From Ptychomitrium polyphyllum (lineage: Eukaryota): a stretch of DNA of 64,000 nt. Every line of letters starts with the position of its first letter. The first letter of the stretch is position 1. The translations under genes were made by a program, and so were the position numbers. The stretch covers positions 7,688,001-7,752,000 of the forward strand of contig OZ316776.1 in the NCBI GenBank assembly GCA_973851085.1. Reading direction: 5' to 3'. Under the pieces are notes generated by a model that worked only from the letters and a program-made list of their open reading frames with translations, made no database searches and was not told where the DNA came from. Shown here piece after piece: positions 53,201 through 64,000 of the stretch.

Positions 53201-56200
53201 AGAATCGTGGTTCCAGAACAGCTTCGAAAGATCAGGATGCCTTTGTTGTTCAGAAAATTATGCAGCAAGTTCTCACCAACCTGCGTGATTTGCATCGATC
53301 AGGCAAGCTTGGTTCTCTTTGCTGGAGAAATTCTGCAATCTGTGATTGAGAACGTGTTGTTGGTGTTCACTAATCACAAATTAGAAAATGACAGGTTCAT
53401 GGTTTCTCTATACAGGAGTTGTTCATCGGGACTTGAAGCCTCTAAACTTGGTTTTATCTGAAGATTCTGGATCCTTTAAGCTCATTGATCTGGGTGCCTG
53501 CGTCGACATTCGATCAGGATTCAATTATGTATGAAGCTTGCTATTTCTCTTTAATATCGGGCTTCTGAATCTACTTTAAAATCTTACATTTTAACACCTT
53601 TCTGCTAACTCTCTGATCAAGCTGAATATGATGCAGTGCACATGTTTAACTGTGGTCCAATATTTGGCAAAACAATGTTATGTCTCGTCTTTGGACGAGT
53701 CATGACAAAGAATATATATGAAAATTTGGTGCTGCAATTGTCTGTTTTTTGACCTTTCTAGCAATTACTGCAATAGATAGAACTATCTGGCCTCTTCTTA
53801 ATCTTCTTTTATGACAAAATTTATATATGCATTCTTGAAAATTAATAGAACTGATTTTATTTTCTTTGTCGTATGTCTTAGACCCCAGATGAGACGGTGA
53901 TTGATCCAACATACGCTGCTCCCGAGCATTATGTGATGCCTACATGCACTCCTACCTTGCCTCCAGATCCTTTGTGTTCAATAATCTCTCCCATTGTCTG
54001 GATTCTCAACACTCCAGATCGATTTGATCTTTATTCTGCTGTAAGTAATGGACAATTTCGAATCGTGTCATTTCTGCAGTTGGAAGTGATTTTCTTGGAT
54101 TATTTGAACTGTTTTTATAAAAAATTGATTTTCGTTTTTGCCATCATGTACGTATTGGGTGATACTGTGTTGATCAATTGTCACGTTAGATGCTGAAGTG
54201 AAAGAAACCTACATGCAGGGTCTCATTCTGATGCAGCTTAGTGTCAAGCAGCTACGCCAGGATGTGGGATTGGTAATATATCTTCATATTTTCCCTGATG
54301 CTAGTTGTTCAATGTAAGGCCCAAGTTCGCTTTTGAGCCAAAAGAATATCTTCTTTAATAAGAAAGCATGCTTTTTGGACGGCTGAATATGTATATATGT
54401 CTTAATAGCTTCATGAGTTTCTATTCGTTCTCATCCACCGTAATCTTATTTGGTTGTTCAATTACGCATCTTGCAGCAAACTTTCAATACACACTTTAAG
54501 CGGGCCGGTTACGACTTGGATGTTTGGAGAAAAAGGTGCAGCATCAGTAATGAGGAATTTGCGATACTGGATGGTGATGGTACGGCTTCTGAGGGTCTTG
54601 TTCATGAGTGCACTTCCAGTATTGTATTTTGGTCCGCATCCACTTGTATCAGTTGTAGTTGAGATTATTCAGGCTGTATAGTTTCTGAGGGGCTTTGTCA
54701 AGCATGTTGGGCTTTAACAACCAAGAAGTATTTTGCTACTTCCCAGGTGGTGCTGGGTGGGAGCTTGCAAAGGCGATGCTTCAACCTAGACATGACAAGG
54801 CATCCTTCATCTGGCCATGTAAGTATTGCCTAATATCTAGCATTTTCGTGCGTCACATTTTGTAGCATCAGACAATTGTTCAAAATTCTTGCACACAGGA
54901 GTCTGAACTTGATGTTCTTTTGAACATCCGCAAATGGAGGTTTTGTCATTAACATTGTGCAGGGTGTATATGAATTGCCCTATAGTAATGTTGGTTCATG
55001 TTAGTAACTAGCAGTTAATAGGAAGAACTGCAAATTATCAAGTTTTAGTTCTGACAGCACAGTTCCGTGCTTCAGCTGCAGGTCTTCGTAGCAGCCGTCC
55101 TTCAGCTGCAGCTGCCTTGCGTCATCGCTTCATCCGAGGCACTCTTCTACCGCGGCCTCTCAATATACCTAATCTTGTACCAGGCTATGCATCATTTCCA
55201 TCTCTTCCTTCTCTTTCTTTACTCCCCGCTCTCCCATCTCTTCCTTATCTTCCATCTTGGGGTCAATTGCAAGGTCATGCCTTTTCTAGCAAAAGTGCAG
55301 TGGAATCAGCTGTTGGTCAACTCAAAAAAATGCAAGAAGCAGCAGGGAATATTGATATCGAGCGTTTGAGAAATGCGTTCGAAGCAACTTTTGCAACAGC
55401 TGCTACAAGTGCTTTCGTTTTGGCAACAGGCTGGATGGTAAGTTGAAAGCTTAATGATAGTTTGTTCGTTTTCTTGAGAGGCTTGCCCCAATAGTTGTTT
55501 GGTACCTTTGTTCAGGGGTCTACGGTTCTTGTTGCTTTCTAGAGTCATGTTGTTTGACTGTATTTACAAGTGCTTTATTACTTTTGGAATTAGTAAAGGT
55601 GATGGTTACATGGTAGTCAAAGTTGTTGATGCTAGTCAGTTTCACATATGACATGCAGGCCCTGACAACTCTGAGAAACTCAGCGCACGCCTCTTACGAC
55701 ATAGGCCGATGGATGATTCAAACCACGGGTTTAAGTGGATTGGCGTGTATGGCATTTTTCCTCTTTATCAAGTAAGCTAAGATTTCACTATCAGATCATC
55801 TGTTAAGTTCCTTTTATGTTCAAGTTTGTCACTGAGGATATAACGTGGCGCTCTATTTTTCCATATTTGATGCTCTGAGTTTCATTGTTCTCAATGAGAT
55901 CTTATTCCTCTTTTGTAGGCCATGGTTGGAAGAGCAAGAACTCGCAAGCAAGAGAGAAAGGAAATATGGATTAGAAGCAGCGAAATTAGTACCGGTTGAA
56001 ATTGTCCACCCTGATTCGTCAATATACGATCAGGTGAAACTTCTTCCTAAAGACAGAGAGCTTGGTACGGTACTTTTTAAGACTGGACTTTCAGAAGCTG
56101 TGTTAGCAATGGAGACCCAACTAGTATCTTTGGAGGCTTCTATACAGCGAGAACAGGAATTCTCTGCGCAACAGCGAGAGACTCTTACAAGGGTTAGTGA

Positions 56201-56604
56201 AATGTCCTTTTTCTCCATGTTAATGCTGCATTCCTTTCTCGTGTATGTGGCGATGTATTTGCATTTTACTTCAAAATTATATTTATATGTGCGTTATGTT
56301 CATATGTTTATACTGTGCGTCCTGTGTGGATGCGTTCTCTCGAAGAGGTGCACAATGTGTAAGAAAACCTTTTCTGGTAGTCAGGTATTGCGAGTACAGA
56401 CTTGCATATTTTACGGTAGTGTATTCCGTGTTGTTGAACCCCTCTTCAATGTCTTGGCTGATTTTATACTTGGTTGTTCAGGTGGAAAAGTTGCTTAATA
56501 CACCAACTGGAGTGGCGTATGCATCTTCAAGTGAAGGAATTGATGCGCCATTGTCTACAAATGGCGCCTACGTTGGAAAACCTTTCTCTGAGTATATCAG
56601 ATGA
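50278..56604 (+). CDS. Divergent STN7/STN8 (Stt7)-family plastid Ser/Thr kinase with a C-terminal hydrophobic plus coiled-coil extension
   Basis: Exons 50278-50468, 51027-51111, 51596-51714, 52037-52122, 52293-52408, 52581-52661, 52878-52982, 53197-53302 (GC donor), 53416-53528, 53882-54040, 54219-54272, 54477-54579, 54747-54818, 55076-55437, 55659-55771, 55919-56192, 56482-56604. Transit-like N-terminus, TM with YSTATPG, GEGSFG, HRDLKPLN, IDLGACVDIRSGFNY, DPTYAAPEHY, NTPDRFDLYSAG, GAGWELAKAML. Confidence 0.85.
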
Positions 56605-56628
56605 GACCCTCTTCAGATGAGACCCTCT
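56597..56628. repeat. 16-bp direct duplication spanning the kinase stop codon
   Basis: tcagatgagaccctct repeated twice. Confidence 0.85.
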
Positions 56629-57075
56629 GTCAATGAGCCAATGCATCATCTCTTAAACCCCAAAACCAAAGTGATGAGAAATTGAGACACTATGATGTAT
56701 ATAAATCGCTGAAATTCTTTATGGCTTGGAGGTGACCTTCAAGTTAAAAGAGGTGTGGTCCCGGTGCGGAAAGTGGAAACCTTAGATAGAAATGCGGATG
56801 AAGTAGTTGGCCTACTGTATGTTCCATGATGTGCAATGATGGAAATCAAACTCACCTTAGTGCCTCGGCAGATATTGTGCGACGTCGTGAACAAGCCCAG
56901 ATCGCGGAGTAACACATATACCAAGGATTTTCTGCAAGGTTTAGTAAGTTGATCTCAGCTTGGGGAGCAACAACTGATGGCGTAACGACTCACACAAGCT
57001 CCTCATGTAACAAATGTGTTAGCACATTACTACGTCACTTTCAGTAGAATCAAGTTCACTATGGCATTGTTAAGG

Positions 57076-57122
57076 TTCATGTAAGAACTATGTTCATGTA
57101 GAACTAGATTCATGTAGAACTA
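57076..57122. repeat. ~16-bp tandem repeat, three copies
   Basis: ttcatgta(a)gaacta repeated three times with 2-nt spacers. Confidence 0.8.
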
Positions 57123-58288
57123 GGTTTCAAGACTCACATGATTTGTTTTGCCCATCATTTACAGCTTCAATTCTGGCCACGTGCCCATATTATGCTGTGG
57201 GATTTTCAAGCGAGGTGTGTGTTTTGCAGTCTTATCATTACTTCAGGCAGGTAAGTGTCCGCGTCTCGCCAAGTGCACAAGCTTGTGGCGAAAAGTATGA
57301 ATCTTATAAGCTATGATATCCACAGACCGTGGTGGCCCCTTGCTTGACCACACTTCATGTGCAACTGTGCCAATGTTAACGAATACAGGAGAATATTCCG
57401 CTGAAGTATTTTCCATGTCTGAACGTTCTTCTGATTGTTTTCTATGTTCATCGTTCTCTGAACCCAACTGAGTGCTGCATATTGCATTCCGACATGTAAT
57501 GTGAAAAGATTAAAGAAACATAGAGACAATTTTATAAGTGCTCCTGTGGTAATACCTACTGACAATATTGAAGTACACTAGATTATTTCGTACGTTTGTA
57601 TAATTGAACTATACAACAGGTCACACCACACTCTTACTATTTGAATAATAAATCTGATTCGGCTGAATATCCTGAATTTGGGTTTAACATCTAGATTTGT
57701 TGGCCGGGATGAATTAGTGAAAACTAATGGCTCAGATAGATCTAATCACTGAAGGAAGTTGACGGAGGTCAACATCAACGGGCTCAATATACGGAATGGT
57801 ATTCTTTGAGTTAATAAAATGAAGCTGATTAGAAACTTTCACAATCAGTCAGGATGTTCGTAACGTATACAGGTTCGAATTTCGATTCATTAGTGCAAAA
57901 AGTTGAAGATCATATGTGAACGTCGAGATATGAGTCATGTGGGCTTTTCGAGATCCAATGAAAGATTCGATTCCCTCGTAATCACTCTGGACAAAATGAC
58001 CACTCAATTTCTGTAGGCCGAGCCCAGTGTTGGACCATACAATTTTGCAAATTTAACGAATTTCGATTTGTGCTAATACGCTGAAAGAACATAATGCAAA
58101 TTGCTATGGTGGTGGAGCGGCTATTCGCACTGGGACAAGAATAGGAGTGCGTTCACTAAAACACACTCGCTAAACTACACTGACTATTAACTATGTTTAA
58201 AAGTAAGGCCCTCTCCCCATCCCAAACACAAAATGTTCTAAACAGTTCAATTACAAAATTAACACACCAAGTACCTAAGTAGCCAGAT

Positions 58289-59096
58289 CTAAGTCCAGAT
58301 GCGGAACAACCACCCTCCGTTAGCTGCAAAGAACGGAGCGAACACCAAAGACTCCACAGCCATGAGCTTGATCAAGATGTTCAGGGATGGTCCTGATGTG
58401 TCCTTCAAAGGATCTCCAACAGTGTCTCCAATAACGGCTGCCTTGTGGGCGTCGGAACCCTTGGGACCCAAGGACTTGGCGTGCTCAGAGTTACCAGCCT
58501 GCGAGACAAGTCGGAAAGCATCAGAGATCCTGCCTTCGATTCCCTTCACCTACCCGCTAGCAAAGAACTATTTCAAAGACACTGACTGAAGCATAAAGCA
58601 AAGCACCTCGACTCTACTACTGTTTACAAGGCTCCTCACCTCAATGTACTTCTTGGCGTTGTCCCAAGCACCTCCAGTGTTGGATGCGGAGATGGCAATC
58701 TGTACACCAGACACCAAAGCGCCAGCCAACAGCCCTGCAAGTGTCTCCACTCCGAACAGAGTTCCCACAATCAGCGGGGTCAGCATCACAAGAGCACCGG
58801 GAGGAATCATTTCCTTGATGGAGGCATCGGTGGAGATCTGCACACATCTCTTGTAGTCTGGCTTGGTGGTGCCTTCCATCAGCCCGGGGATCGTGCGGAA
58901 CTGTCTCCTCACCTCCTCAACCATCGCCAAAGCGGCCTTTCCGACGCTCTTCATTGTCATGGCGGAGAACCAGTACGGCAACATGGCGCCCACGATCAGA
59001 CCGACGAACTCCTTAGGCTGGATGACGTCCACGCTGGCGATTCCGGCTCGGCTGACATACGCTCCGAACAGAGCAAGGGACACCAACGCAGCCGAT

Positions 59097-59138
<42 letters not shown>

Positions 59139-60697
59139 GCAGCGTCCAAGGCGTCGGTCCTCTCACGAACCTCGTGGCTCATGCCAGCCATCTCCGCAAT
59201 ACCTCCGGCGTTGTCACTGATGGGACCGTAGGCATCGATGGCGAGTCCTGTGGCCAAGGTGCTGAGCATGCCGAGGGCAGCGACGGCGATACCGTACATG
59301 GCAGCCAGGCTGTAACTCAAGTAGATGGCTGCAGCAATGGCGAACACGGGGATGATGACCGACTTGTAACCCAAAGCAAGGCCGAAGATGATGTTAGTGG
59401 CAGCTCCAGTCCTGCATGAGTCGGCCACGTCTTGCACGGGCTGGTAGGCATTGCTGGTGAAGTACTCGGTCACAAACCCGATGATAAGGCCAGCCCACAG
59501 TCCCGAACCCACACAGAAAAAGATGTGCCAGTTCTTGACGACCTTGGGCGCGTGACCCACGACATTGATGGTGAAAGTCGCGGGCAATGCGTACCATGAC
59601 ACCAAGAAGATGGCACCCGTCATCAGAATGGTAGAAATTACCAACTGCCTCTTCAAGGTGGGCTCGATCTCCTTCACTCCCTTGATTGTGAAAAGGTCCG
59701 TGGCGAACAGCGTCGTGATCAGGCACACAAGGATACCGGCGGCGCTGATGATCAGTGGGAAGCACATGGCCACGAAGTTCCTGTCGCTTCCGAAAGAGGA
59801 GATAGACGACACCACAAGAGCAGCGCAGGTCGACTCGGCGAAGGAGCCGAACAAATCAGCTCCCATACCTGCAATGTCTCCAACATTGTCACCCACGTTG
59901 TCGGCAATCACCGCAGGGTTCCTGGGGTCGTCCTCGGGGATGTTCTGCTCGATCTTCCCGACCAAATCCGCACCCACATCCGCAGCCTTGGTGTAGATAC
60001 CGCCACCCACACGTCCAAACAACGCCACAGCCGATCCACCCAAACCGTACCCGGTAATGGCCTCGTACAGACCCACCCAGTCGTCCCCGAAGTACAACTT
60101 AAACGCCAAGATGGTCAGGAACAAAACCAGCAACCCGTTCGCAGCCAACAAGAAACCCATCACCGATCCGGATCGGAACGCAACAATGAACGCCTGCCCA
60201 ACCCCGCGGCGGGCCTCCAATGTCGTCCTCGCATTGGCATAAGTCGCAATCCTCATCCCAAGATAACCCGACAGAGTGGATGTCACAGCCCCCAAAATGA
60301 ACGCCACAGTGCTGAAAAACGCATTGGCGATCGAACTCGGGCACGACTGCGCGGGGTCGTAATCACACGGCTGCCTGTCGAAGCTGAACCCTCCAACAGA
60401 CGCCAAAAACACGAAGATAATCACCGAGAAAATCCCCATAAACACGCCCAGGTACCGATATTCCGTCGCGAGGAAAGACTCGGAGCCCTCAGAGATGGCG
60501 GCCTGAATCTCAGCGCACTTAGAAACGACGCTGGAGTCGTCGACGCCATCCTCATCCACCTGCCTGTAACCATTGCTGGAGACATGGCTGCCAACAGTCA
60601 CGCGCGACACGATGTACCACTGCGCAAGCGCGAAGAGAATGCCCACCACGCAGGCCGTCGGCACGAAGGCCAGCACGAAGACGTCCCCCAGCACCAT
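58289..60697 (-). CDS. AVP1: Vacuolar H+-translocating inorganic pyrophosphatase, type I (K+-dependent)
   Basis: Exons 60697-58640 and 58498-58289. Motifs [54 protein letters not shown] (Ala rather than Lys indicates K+ dependence), [17 protein letters not shown]. Confidence 0.97.
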
Positions 60698-63600
60698 CGC
60701 CACGGCTGCCCTTCCACTCACTCCCCAAATGTGTGATCTTGGGTATAGAAGGCAGCGTTGGTGTCGAATTCGGTGAGAGTGTGCGCTCAGAACCACACAC
60801 ACATACCCACACAATGAACGAATTGGAGACCAAAGGCGGAGCTCTCAGACCCTAAACCCTGACGTGCCTTCGCACTGCGCAAGCCAGATGGTCATCACTC
60901 GTCATCTACCGTCTGCTCTTGCTATAACCGTCACTAGTCACTGAGTTGGAGTCATCTACCAGATGTGCACATGCTGTCCGTGAAACACCTAGAGGCGGTG
61001 TAGAGTATGTCTGTTTAGGGTGTAGTGACGTTCGCAGGTATGCATCGCTGAGAGTCCAGCCGCGACTGCCGATAAGGTCACCGTTTGCCGCCGCTCTTGT
61101 TGTGATCAGTAACTTCTATTATTATCCATCCACTTTTCGTCGTCTTTCAATTGGTACTTCTCATTGCATGTTTGGGGTTTGGGGCTTTCGGAGGACTGGG
61201 GTTATGAGGAGTTGGAAGCAGCGTTCTTTTTCTTGGTTTCTGAGAATTTTCGTATACAGCTGTACTTGAACAGTTGAATTGACAAAAGAGAAATGCTTTA
61301 AAATATTAAAAATTCTGGTGCTAAAATTTAATTGAGATAGGTGTTATAATTGGCATGAGCTTACTAACTATAGAAGTGTATGGTTAGCATGTTTTATTAT
61401 AGTGAAAATTTTGAGATAGAGAGAATTCTATCTTGGTTTTATTTTATATAATTTTTGCAATGAGATTTTCGGAAAAGGACTATAAAGAATCTATAGATAA
61501 ATCATAATTTTGACGTGACAATTTATAAAAGCATTTTTATTTTGTTTAAAATTTAAGATCTTATGAATTTTGTTTTATAAATAATTCACAACATACTTAA
61601 ACAATCTTGATATATTCTTATTTTTTTTTAAATCATATGAAATTTTTTATAACAACAATTCCAATTAGCTTGAAATTTTTAATATACAACTATATAATTT
61701 TGCAAGTAAGTCCTAGTTCATTTTATATTGTAATGCCTTGTGCAACTTATTTTATGAATATTTTGAAATTTAAAATGTATAAAGATTATGATTATTATTA
61801 TATTTTTGCTTAAAACACACATTCATAATTATTGTCATTATATTGTAATTATATTTTCATTAAGTACAAACTTTAAAATCTTATAAAACTTAATTAATGT
61901 GCATATTGATTCAATTATTGAATAACATATTTGGTGTGTATTTATATGACTATAACTAACAATCATTCAACTATTATAAAATAAATTATCATAAATATAC
62001 CATTAATGGACAACAAATAACACTGTATGTTATTTAAAAAATAAATTTTAAAAACATCCAATTTGCTTGTTAAAAAAAGTCCTTAATAATGTTTTTTTTG
62101 CAACAGTAGAATTACTTGGTGTAGACAATAAATTGACAAAATAGAAGATAGATCAATTTTTTAAAACAAATATAATAGCTTTAAAAAATGCCATAAATAC
62201 TAAGATTATTTAATTTCTAATTTTTTATCCTTATTTATTCTTTGTAATCAATAAAGCACATTTTAATTTTTTGTTGTTAAAATTTGTTCATTTGTCATTA
62301 GGCATGAAAGAATATGCTAAATATACAAACATGTAAAGACAATATAAATTGATTGAAATCTAATTTACAATTCAAATAGAATTGCAAAATTAATGAGTGT
62401 ATTGGATGAATATTTTAAAGACAATACTAGTATTGCCACTATTTGTGATTTGAGAAAATAAAAAATACTGGTAATAATGTCATAATATGCAAAAAGCTGC
62501 AATTCAAATTTTTTTACTGAATTGTATTTCTTACAGCATGTTCTAAGAAAAATTCAACCAATGAGCAATCAAGTATGTAAAAATACTTAATATAATAAAA
62601 AACTCCATTCAAAAAAGAAGTATGTATTAAATTACAAAGGTTAATGTGCACCAAGGCAACTTATCTTTTTGAACAAGTTGTAAAATTAGTGAATTAAGGA
62701 GATTTGGCATATTCTAAAGAAACAATTTTTATATAAAAGTAAAGTGGATTTGAGTGATGACAAGCTATGAATGAAGTGCTTGATGTAAATGAAATTAATG
62801 ACTTGTATTCAAATGATTCATATAATAGCGTCATTGTAGGTTTTCAAGTCTAATTGGAATAATGTGTAATTGGATAACTCAAAATAGATGGTTCAATGCA
62901 AATGCTAAAGAAAAACAAACTTATTTCTTTTTTAATCTTAAAATTTTGATGTTGATGAAAATTGGTGGAGTGGTTTTAAGAATATTATAACCATAAGTAA
63001 ACATCATAACAATGTTACATGTATTTATAATTTGAATGGAAAAAATGATTTTTTATTGAACTAAAAATAAATAAAGCATCTCTTAAAACAAAGAAATTTT
63101 AAGTATGAAGGCAACGAAGAATTGAGCCATAATCAAGAACAATAAGAATACTATTTTCATTAAAAAATATGATTTAAAGGATCAACTTCCTAATAATCCT
63201 TAAACAAGTATTGTGGAAGAAATGTATATTGATTAGCACTTGAATTGAAGAATTAGGAGGTGGAAAGAATTGGAAGAACAAATATAACAAAGAATATGTA
63301 TAATTACTCATAATATTTGAAAGCATTTACTTAAGGCTTTCAAAAATTGCATTAATATCTCTTCTTCTTATTAGAGTTTGAATCTTTGTTGTAAAGTATT
63401 TGAACAATGTTAAAAATTAAATTTGAAGTTTTAAAAAAAAAAATTATTTTGGGTAGTAATGAAGGTACTTTATAGTTCAAATAAGGCATCAAGAACAAAA
63501 TTTATTTGTCAAATACTAGTGGAAATATTATTGGTATTGACAAATTTTTAAAGAATAGAATGCCTAGATTCCAAGAAGGTTATAACATCATTAAATTTGG

Positions 63601-64000
63601 ACATTGTCATATGACAAAGTTTAAATGTATACTTGGAATATATATATATTTTTTTCATACAATTCTTTGATGTTATTTTGTATAATCTTTAAAGTAGCAC
63701 ATGGATTTAAAATGATTTTTTTTTTTTTTGGCATTAAAAAAATATATTAGATGGTGCTTTTGATCTTTAAGTTGTTCGGTTGTTAAGTTGTCATTGCTTT
63801 CTATAGTAGAAGCAATTTTTTGTGTTATTTACAATAATCTATAATTTATACCTTGTGAGAAGCATTTCAATTTTGATGCTTTAAAGTGGTATAATTTCCC
63901 ACATTGAGGGGTGGTACACAATAAGCTTTCAAAAACATATTGTAGCTTGAAGAACTCACAAATTGGAAGATATATTAAATAAGCAAGGACATAAAGATAT

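Noticed and set aside
57871..57885. B-box-like GGTTCGAAT suggesting a tRNA
   Set aside because: No cloverleaf stems or A box nearby.
58299..60833. Many antisense and alternative-frame ORFs over the H+-PPase
   Set aside because: By-product of GC-rich codon usage; no recognisable motifs.
63897..63912. TCCCACATTG resembling an snRNA upstream sequence element
   Set aside because: No correctly spaced TATA or snRNA sequence before the window end; the AT-rich context looks like decayed repeat.

Overview
Eukaryotic land-plant nuclear DNA, most likely a moss (inferred from gene set, GT/GC-AG introns, gene islands separated by very AT-rich decayed-transposon spacers). Eight protein-coding genes can be spliced by hand: the 3' part of TIC110 (+), a small single-pass membrane protein (+), an intronless-CDS PAP phosphatase/inositol monophosphatase-family gene (-), an ALE2-like receptor-like kinase (+), a long coiled-coil protein (-), an IST1-like ESCRT-III regulator (-), a divergent STN7/STN8-family plastid kinase with an extra C-terminal membrane/coiled-coil region (+), and a K+-dependent vacuolar H+-pyrophosphatase (-). 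There is also a Ty3/gypsy RT remnant and several short repeats. The most interesting unexplained signal is a ~163-nt box C/D RNA candidate with perfect kink-turn geometry and no target I can recognise. It lies in the apparent 5'-UTR intron of the PAP phosphatase gene, behind a telo-box/Site II/TATA promoter. Gene identities rest on remembered family motifs; no database searches were run.
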